Origin: Methanolinea sp.
Lineage (GTDB): Archaea > Halobacteriota > Methanomicrobia > Methanomicrobiales > Methanospirillaceae
Assembly (NCBI GenBank): GCA_033811795.1
Contig: JAPXNX010000001.1
Span: 1-39,476 of the forward strand
DNA: 39,476 bases
Direction: 5' to 3'
The notes beneath the pieces are model-generated. The model had not been told where the DNA came from, searched no databases, and saw only the letters and a list, made by a program, of their open reading frames with translations. Positions 34,240 to 39,476 of the stretch are shown here, one piece after another. The translations under genes and the position numbers were made by a program. Positions within the stretch are counted from its first letter, which is position 1, and every line of letters begins with the position of its first letter.

Positions 34240-34740
34240 TCAGAGAAGTGCAGAAGTGATCCCGATGACCCCTGACTGGATGATGACTGCGGTAGCAATG
34301 ATGACTCCTGCCATCTCCAGGGCGACTGCCACGTTACCTTTCTTGATCTCTTCGAACTCCGAGATCCCCTTGGTCAGTTTGTCGAGGACCCAGAGTGCGA
34401 GGTAAATGGCCGCTATCGCAAGGATGATTCCAAGGACGAGCTGGAGGATGGCAACTACAATCGCGATGACCCCGTCCATTGAGAAGAGACCGACCGAGAG
34501 GGCCTTTGAGATTCCAAGCGAGATCCCGGACACCCCTGACTGGATAACTATTGCGATGGCAAAGAAGATTGCCGCAACGATGATTCCCACCGCAGGGTTG
34601 CCCTTTGCCAGCTCTTTCTCCTCTTCGATACCCTTTGTGATCCGAGACAGCACGGAAAACCCTATGTAGAGCGCGACAACTGCCAGGATAATGGCAATTA
34701 TCAACTGGATGATACCGACTGCAACATTGGCAAGCAACAT
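34240..34740 (-). CDS. DUF350-family membrane protein with an internal duplication
   Basis: 166 aa. Two homologous halves each carry TKGI(E/S)E...KGN(P/V)AV...VIQSGV. All segments are hydrophobic apart from the short loops. Confidence 0.75.
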   Translation of the reverse strand: MLLANVAVGIIQLIIAIILAVVALYIGFSVLSRITKGIEEEKELAKGNPAVGIIVAAIFFAIAIVIQSGVSGISLGISKALSVGLFSMDGVIAIVVAILQLVLGIILAIAAIYLALWVLDKLTKGISEFEEIKKGNVAVALEMAGVIIATAVIIQSGVIGITSALL

Positions 34741-35090
34741 GTTAATTCACCACACCTTACGCTTTTCTTACTATTGTCAGTCCATGCACTTGATAAATTT
34801 TTTGCAGAAAAATTGAAATAACGAGGAAAAAGAATGAAGCACTCCGAGTGACTTCCCGGGGTGTTTTATCTCTATTGGCGGAAAAAAGAGAAAACACCAT
34901 GTGCATCCCGGGAAAATATTTATAAGCATGGAGAAGAGAGGGTTTTTATAAAGGAATCCGATCAGTCAAGTCCACATCCTTTACCTGGCCTGGAATACCA
35001 CGGGGTTGCAAGTAATGATCCTCTTGAGGTGGCGGGAATTTACTCCCCTGGTGGGTCTGCCATGCCCGGTCCGACCTGGAGGCGAAATTC

Positions 35091-38000
35091 ATGAGAATGA
35101 GTCAAAAAAACGTAATGTTATTTGTCGCCGTCATTGTTCTCCTTGCACTTGCTGTTTCACCGGCGGCAGCCGAATCATCCCTGTCTGTCGATGTATACGG
35201 ACTACCCCTTGTCTTTGTCCAGAACGAGGGGCAGGTGGGAGATGACGTCCTCTACCATGCGAATGCACCGGCACACGGCATCTACTTCACGAAGGATAGT
35301 GTAGTGTGCACAATGGGAACAAGGGGAGACTCCCCGGCAGCAGTGGAGATAACCCTCGTAGGGCATGCCCCCGACGTGGTGGTAACAGGGGGAGGGAAAC
35401 TCGAGGGGACGGCCAACTTCTTTATCGGGAATGAGCCGGGCTCGTGGGTCCGGGGTGTCCCGACCTATGAGAGTGTGCGGTACGAAAATATTCTTCCGGG
35501 GGTGGATATCGTCTATTCCGGCACGCATGGGGTCCTCAAGCGTGACATCGTCCTCTCGCCCGGAGTCGATCCTTCCGTTATCCGGTTCCGGTATTCCGGC
35601 CAGGACGCCCTTGCCCTCGATAGCGATGGAAACCTCCTCGTGAAAACAGCCAGCGGTGCGATCAGGGAAGCAGCCCCCGTCTGTTACCAGGAGGTGGAAG
35701 GGGAGAGAGTGCCGGTGTCCTGCACCTATACCCTCACCGGCAATGAATTCGTTGGATTTACGGTCGGTGCATATGATCCCGCACTCCCGCTCGTTATCGA
35801 TCCATACCTTGACTTCTCGACCTATCTCGGGGGTAACCGGGAAGACCGCGGGTACGCTGTCGCTGTCGACTTTTCCGGGGGTGTTTATGTCACTGGTGGC
35901 ACTCAGTCGGTTGATTTCCCCTATCAGTCCTCGAAAGCACCTTACCAGGAGTTTCCCGGAGGAGGTCTTGACGCGTTCGTCACGAAGATTGACCCAGATG
36001 ACCTCGCCCTCAACTATTCGACATACCTAGGGGGACGCTACGATGACGTTGGAAATGGCATTGCTGTGAACGAATCGGGATATGCATACGTGACAGGGTA
36101 TACCTTGTCGACAAATTACCCCATTGAGAAAGCATTCCAAATGAACAAGAGCGGGGGATGCACCATGTGTTCCGATGCAGATGCCTTCATTTCTGTACTG
36201 AAGCCGGAGGGGAACGACCTTGAATTTTCATCGTTCCTTGGCGGGAACATGACGGATATTGGCCAGGCAATCGCACTCAACCGTTCGGGTACTGCGGTAT
36301 TGGCTGGATACACTGGATCGTGCGATTTCCCGAATACAACAGGGGCGTACGACAGAGAATTGAATGGGACCTGGGATGCCTTTGTAACCGGTGTATCCTA
36401 TAATGGGGCAACATCCAAAATCGACTTCTCGACCTACCTCGGTGGAGGGAAAACCGACAAGGCCTTTGGAATAGCGATAGGACCCACTGATGATATTTAC
36501 ATTACGGGATTGACCCAGTCCACCTCCTTCCCGACGAGATTATGGAAACAGAAATTACTCTCGGGTGACCAGGATGCATTTGTAACCCATCTCTTCCCTG
36601 ATGCCAGCGATCTTAACTCCTCAACGTACCTCGGTGGTTTTGACAATGAGTGCGGAAATGACATTGCCGTGGATAGTACCGGTGCGATGTACGTGACCGG
36701 GTTCACGCGGTCGATGAATTTCCCCGTCGTCCCGACGGTCCCCCACGGTACAGCCTTCCAGTCGCGGCTCGGCGGACTCCAGGACGCTTTCCTGACAAAG
36801 TTCAACCCGAACGGGGCATCCCTTAACTTTTCCACGTTCCTGGGCGGCCCACAGGTCGAGGAAGGTCATGGTGTCGCAGTGGACAGCGTAGGGTCCGTAT
36901 TTGTCACAGGATATACAGACTCCCCTGGTTTCCCGGTCAAGAATGCGGTACAGCCTGCCCTCGATTCCTACGCCTACGATGCGTTTGTCACCCGGTTCTA
37001 CCCAAACGGGACAGCACTCATGTATTCGACGTACCTTGGCGGCCGGCTCGATGACAGGGCCATGGGAATAGCCCTTTACGGTTCCAACGCAACGGTCGTC
37101 GGGTGGTCGGAATCCCCGAACTTCCCGGTGAAGGAGGCCTACATCCAACAGAACTTCGGTGGAGTCTCCGATGCCTTCGTTGCGAGGATCGTGTCGGCCC
37201 CGCCTCTTGCAAACTTCACGGCCGAGGCAAACGGCGTGAAAAACTATACTCTCATCAAGGGACTGCCCCCACTGGTCGTAAACTTCACCGACCTCTCCAC
37301 TGGCGATCCGACGTCCTGGTCATGGCAATTCGGCGATGGCAACGTTTCGTCTCTGCAGTACCCAAATCACACGTATTACACAGGTGACTGGACCGTCAAC
37401 CTGACGGTGAGCAACCTGGAGGGGGGTAATTCGATCGGCAAATACCACTATGTTCAGGTCGGTGTCCCGTTGGTGGTGAACTTCTCCGCGAACGTATCGG
37501 GGGTCGAATGCGCCTTCTGCCAGGGCCGTGTCCCGTTCAACGTGAACTTCACGGACCGCACGAACGATACACCGACCGCCTGGAACTGGAGTTTCGGGGA
37601 CGGGAACTACAGCACGAGCCAACACACCAACTGGATGTATCACATTCCCGGGCTTTACAACGTCAGTTTGAATGCAACGAACGAATACGGAAGCCGGAGC
37701 ATCACGAAATATGGCATCGTCGAGGCAGGGGACATCCCGGTGGCGAACTTCACCGCGAACAGGACAACGGGCATTGCACCCCTTGCCGTGAAGTTCACTG
37801 ACCTCTCGACTGCCATCCCTGCTGTCTCCTCCTGGAACTGGTCGTTCGGAGACGGGTTGTCTAATGAAACTGTAAATAACCCTGTCCATGTGTTCAACGC
37901 AATGGGGAACTATACCGTCAACCTCACGGCAAGAAACCTCTGGGGCAACGGCACGGTGAGCAAGGCCGAATACATCCGCGTGGGCGAGATACCGGTAGCG

Positions 38001-38912
38001 AATTTCACTGCAAATAATACACCTGTATGGCCTGATGGGTTTGTTGACTTCATGGACTCGTCAACGGGTTTCCCCACATGGTGGAACTGGAACTTTGGGG
38101 ATGGCACCATACTGGATAGATCCGTTAACACGACCGTTATGCCCGTTAATCATACATATGAATATAGCGGAAACTATACAGTTACCCTCACAGTCGGGAA
38201 TGAGTACGGGACTAATAGTATATCTCGCTCGATCCGGGTGATCGGGGAGGACACGTTGTTCACAAATCTAAAATTTGTTCCCCCTTCGTTCCTTATTCCC
38301 ACCAATTCAACCACTCAAGTGAGACTCGAAGCGGATAAATTCGAGCAGGGCCTTTCCGGGTACAACATTACGGTGTATTTCTCGGATTCTACTGCAGCCC
38401 AGTTTATAGAATTGAATCCACCTTCATGGGCGGATCCTGTATTGACTAGAAACAGCACGACGCCTGGTCCATCAGTATGGTTACGCGTATCAGATACGTA
38501 TAATGCAATAAAACCAGGGCAGACTTCTGTCACGCTTGCTACCTTCAATGTTACAGGTTATAAGCCTAAATCGACGACCATCAATGTCACAGTAGAATTG
38601 ATGCAAACAGAGATGGGAGACAATATCAAGACCGAAATCACCCCTGCAAATGTTGAGATTGTCCCACTCCAGCAGTTCCCTCCAACAGAAAACTGGACAA
38701 TTTATGGACCTCCGACAGCCCCCTATCACAACGGGGTCTATTGGGATCTGAACGGAAGCGGTAGTATTGATTTCGTAGATGTCGTTTTGTTCTTCCTTTA
38801 TTTCGATAATTGGATGAGTATGGATGGCCAACCAATTAGCCTCTTTGACTATAATGGCAATGGATGGCTGGATTTCAATGACATGGTCCTGTTGTTACAG
38901 GAGGTTCCATAA
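35091..38912 (+). CDS. large secreted/surface protein: signal peptide, SBBP beta-propeller repeats, 4 PKD domains, cohesin-like module, dockerin-like C-terminus
   Basis: 1273 aa. GGAGG lies 9 nt upstream. The signal peptide is MRMSQKNVMLFVAVIVLLALAVSPAAA. Repeated STYLGG...GIAVD...YVTG.T.S.(D/N)FP...DAFVTK units are followed by four WxW(Q/S/N)FGDG PKD units. See the sub-features. Confidence 0.9.
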   Translation: MRMSQKNVMLFVAVIVLLALAVSPAAAESSLSVDVYGLPLVFVQNEGQVGDDVLYHANAPAHGIYFTKDSVVCTMGTRGDSPAAVEITLVGHAPDVVVTGGGKLEGTANFFIGNEPGSWVRGVPTYESVRYENILPGVDIVYSGTHGVLKRDIVLSPGVDPSVIRFRYSGQDALALDSDGNLLVKTASGAIREAAPVCYQEVEGERVPVSCTYTLTGNEFVGFTVGAYDPALPLVIDPYLDFSTYLGGNREDRGYAVAVDFSGGVYVTGGTQSVDFPYQSSKAPYQEFPGGGLDAFVTKIDPDDLALNYSTYLGGRYDDVGNGIAVNESGYAYVTGYTLSTNYPIEKAFQMNKSGGCTMCSDADAFISVLKPEGNDLEFSSFLGGNMTDIGQAIALNRSGTAVLAGYTGSCDFPNTTGAYDRELNGTWDAFVTGVSYNGATSKIDFSTYLGGGKTDKAFGIAIGPTDDIYITGLTQSTSFPTRLWKQKLLSGDQDAFVTHLFPDASDLNSSTYLGGFDNECGNDIAVDSTGAMYVTGFTRSMNFPVVPTVPHGTAFQSRLGGLQDAFLTKFNPNGASLNFSTFLGGPQVEEGHGVAVDSVGSVFVTGYTDSPGFPVKNAVQPALDSYAYDAFVTRFYPNGTALMYSTYLGGRLDDRAMGIALYGSNATVVGWSESPNFPVKEAYIQQNFGGVSDAFVARIVSAPPLANFTAEANGVKNYTLIKGLPPLVVNFTDLSTGDPTSWSWQFGDGNVSSLQYPNHTYYTGDWTVNLTVSNLEGGNSIGKYHYVQVGVPLVVNFSANVSGVECAFCQGRVPFNVNFTDRTNDTPTAWNWSFGDGNYSTSQHTNWMYHIPGLYNVSLNATNEYGSRSITKYGIVEAGDIPVANFTANRTTGIAPLAVKFTDLSTAIPAVSSWNWSFGDGLSNETVNNPVHVFNAMGNYTVNLTARNLWGNGTVSKAEYIRVGEIPVANFTANNTPVWPDGFVDFMDSSTGFPTWWNWNFGDGTILDRSVNTTVMPVNHTYEYSGNYTVTLTVGNEYGTNSISRSIRVIGEDTLFTNLKFVPPSFLIPTNSTTQVRLEADKFEQGLSGYNITVYFSDSTAAQFIELNPPSWADPVLTRNSTTPGPSVWLRVSDTYNAIKPGQTSVTLATFNVTGYKPKSTTINVTVELMQTEMGDNIKTEITPANVEIVPLQQFPPTENWTIYGPPTAPYHNGVYWDLNGSGSIDFVDVVLFFLYFDNWMSMDGQPISLFDYNGNGWLDFNDMVLLLQEVP
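35802..37190 (+). repeat. SBBP-type beta-propeller repeat region (about 8 units) within the surface protein
   Basis: aa ~238-700. The recurring pattern is (F/Y)STYLGG-x-D-x-G-x-(G/A)(I/V)A(V/L)(D/N)-x-G-x-(Y/F)VTG-x-T-x-S-x-(D/N)FP ... DAF(V/L)T(K/R). Confidence 0.75.
37197..38246 (+). repeat. four tandem PKD domains within the surface protein
   Basis: aa ~703-1052. Each unit of about 85 aa has (V)ANFTA ... V.F.D.S.G.P..W.W.FGDG ... H.Y...G.Y.V.LT..N..G. Confidence 0.85.
38253..38666 (+). other. cohesin-like module of the surface protein
   Basis: aa ~1055-1192. It is paralogous to the mature N-terminal domain of the downstream gene: EADKFEQGLSGYNITVYFSD / IADELPEGLLGYSLTVTLTD, and GQTSVTLATFNVTG...INVTV / GKTNVTLATLRIRG...VDVIF. 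Confidence 0.5.
38736..38900 (+). other. dockerin-like duplicated Ca-binding segment at the C-terminus of the surface protein
   Basis: Two EF-hand-like loops are each followed by a hydrophobic helix: DLNGSGSIDFVDVVLFFLYF and DYNGNGWLDFNDMVLLLQEV. Both fit D-x-N-x-(S/N)-G-x-(I/L)-D-x-x-D. Confidence 0.6.
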
Positions 38913-38947
38913 AACATTTTAAGTCTAAAATTAAGGGAGGAAAAAAA

Positions 38948-39476
38948 ATGAAACCAAATTTGACCTTGACATTGGTCTTCTTTACTCTTATGGTGGGGAT
39001 GATCTTTTCAGTCGCACAAGGAACCATGATAACCGTCGAAGGGGGTAGTATCCCAGTAATCGGAGAGATTCGGGAATTTACGATTATTGCTGATGAATTG
39101 CCGGAGGGATTGTTGGGATATAGTCTCACGGTAACTTTGACCGATCCTTCAAAGGCTGAAATGGTCGATGTTCTGTTTCCTGAATGGGCTCCCAGTTATC
39201 CGTACTCCTACCATACTCTAACGCCCGCAGATGAAGTGGATATCAAAATATTCGCGTATCAAGTCGAATCAGGAAAAACAAATGTCACACTCGCTACTCT
39301 CCGTATTAGGGGCGATATGACTGGTCAGACAAATGTGGATGTTATTTTCAAAACGTTTCAGGATGAAAAAGGTAAAGTAATCACCCCGACAGTCGTCCCG
39401 GGAACCATATCCGTTGGGGGTGTCGCCCCGACAGCCACACCGACACCGACACCGACAGCAACAGTCACTCTAACAC
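38948..39476 (+). CDS. secreted cohesin-like domain protein with a Pro/Thr linker (3' end truncated by the window)
   Basis: Hand-translated open frame with no stop before the window end. GGGAGG lies 8 nt upstream of the ATG. The signal peptide is MKPNLTLTLVFFTLMVGMIFSVAQG. The domain is paralogous to 38253-38666 and is followed by APTATPTPTPTATVTLT. It is not in the ORF track because no stop is reached. Confidence 0.75.
   Translation, partial: MKPNLTLTLVFFTLMVGMIFSVAQGTMITVEGGSIPVIGEIREFTIIADELPEGLLGYSLTVTLTDPSKAEMVDVLFPEWAPSYPYSYHTLTPADEVDIKIFAYQVESGKTNVTLATLRIRGDMTGQTNVDVIFKTFQDEKGKVITPTVVPGTISVGGVAPTATPTPTPTATVTLT
39437..39457 (+). repeat. (ACACCG)x3 tandem repeat encoding a Thr-Pro linker
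   Basis: acaccgacaccgacaccgaca, read directly. It encodes TPTPTPT. Confidence 0.8.

Noticed and set aside
1-39476. Search for CRISPR arrays, IS elements, transposases, integrases, prophage, toxin-antitoxin or known defence-system genes
   Set aside because: I found no spaced direct repeats and no DDE, tyrosine- or serine-recombinase motifs. The only nucleic-acid-modifying candidates are the orphan MTase, RadC, the Lhr-like helicase and the Nre-like protein. They are dispersed among housekeeping genes and do not form a recognisable defence operon.

Overview
High-GC (spot counts of about 60-67% in housekeeping genes) archaeal chromosomal segment. It is tightly packed, with about 41 protein genes and one tRNA.

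A methanogen origin, probably Methanomicrobiales-like, is an inference. It rests on thiol:fumarate reductase tfrAB, four Isf-type iron-sulfur flavoproteins, archaeal SepF, the Sm-L37e pair, an NreA-like protein and an archaeal-type initiator tRNA.

Most of the window is housekeeping:
- an acs-MFS operon
- argC-CBS-argJ-argB
- chorismate mutase
- an M50 protease
- aspartate kinase
- purM and purF
- thioredoxin
- ubiX
- an Lhr-like helicase
- class II lysS

Two regions stand out.

1. An oxygen/peroxide-defence island of about 6 kb (8.4-14.6 kb). It holds:
- two tandem Isf-like genes
- a dx-cmd-prx operon, whose 41-aa desulforedoxin gene is absent from the supplied ORF track and whose AhpD-family member has no cysteine
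- a Cys-rich 78-aa ORF
- a third Isf-like gene with a degenerate cluster motif
- radC
- rubrerythrin
- a glutaredoxin-like/TrxR-like fusion

2. The 3' end of the window (35.1-39.5 kb) encodes a 1273-aa secreted SBBP/PKD protein. It ends in a cohesin-like module plus a dockerin-like duplicated Ca-loop segment. A paralogous cohesin-like gene with a Pro/Thr linker follows 35 nt downstream. This region shows a marked local GC drop.

Other points worth a look:
- an orphan alpha-class SPPF DNA methyltransferase
- a C-terminal PIP-like motif on the Nre-like protein
- a PDCD5-like N-terminal helix on the thioredoxin

I saw no CRISPR array, transposase, integrase or rRNA. Many long ORFs in the track are antisense or off-frame shadows typical of high-GC DNA and were rejected. 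All family assignments come from motif recognition by eye; no database search was run.
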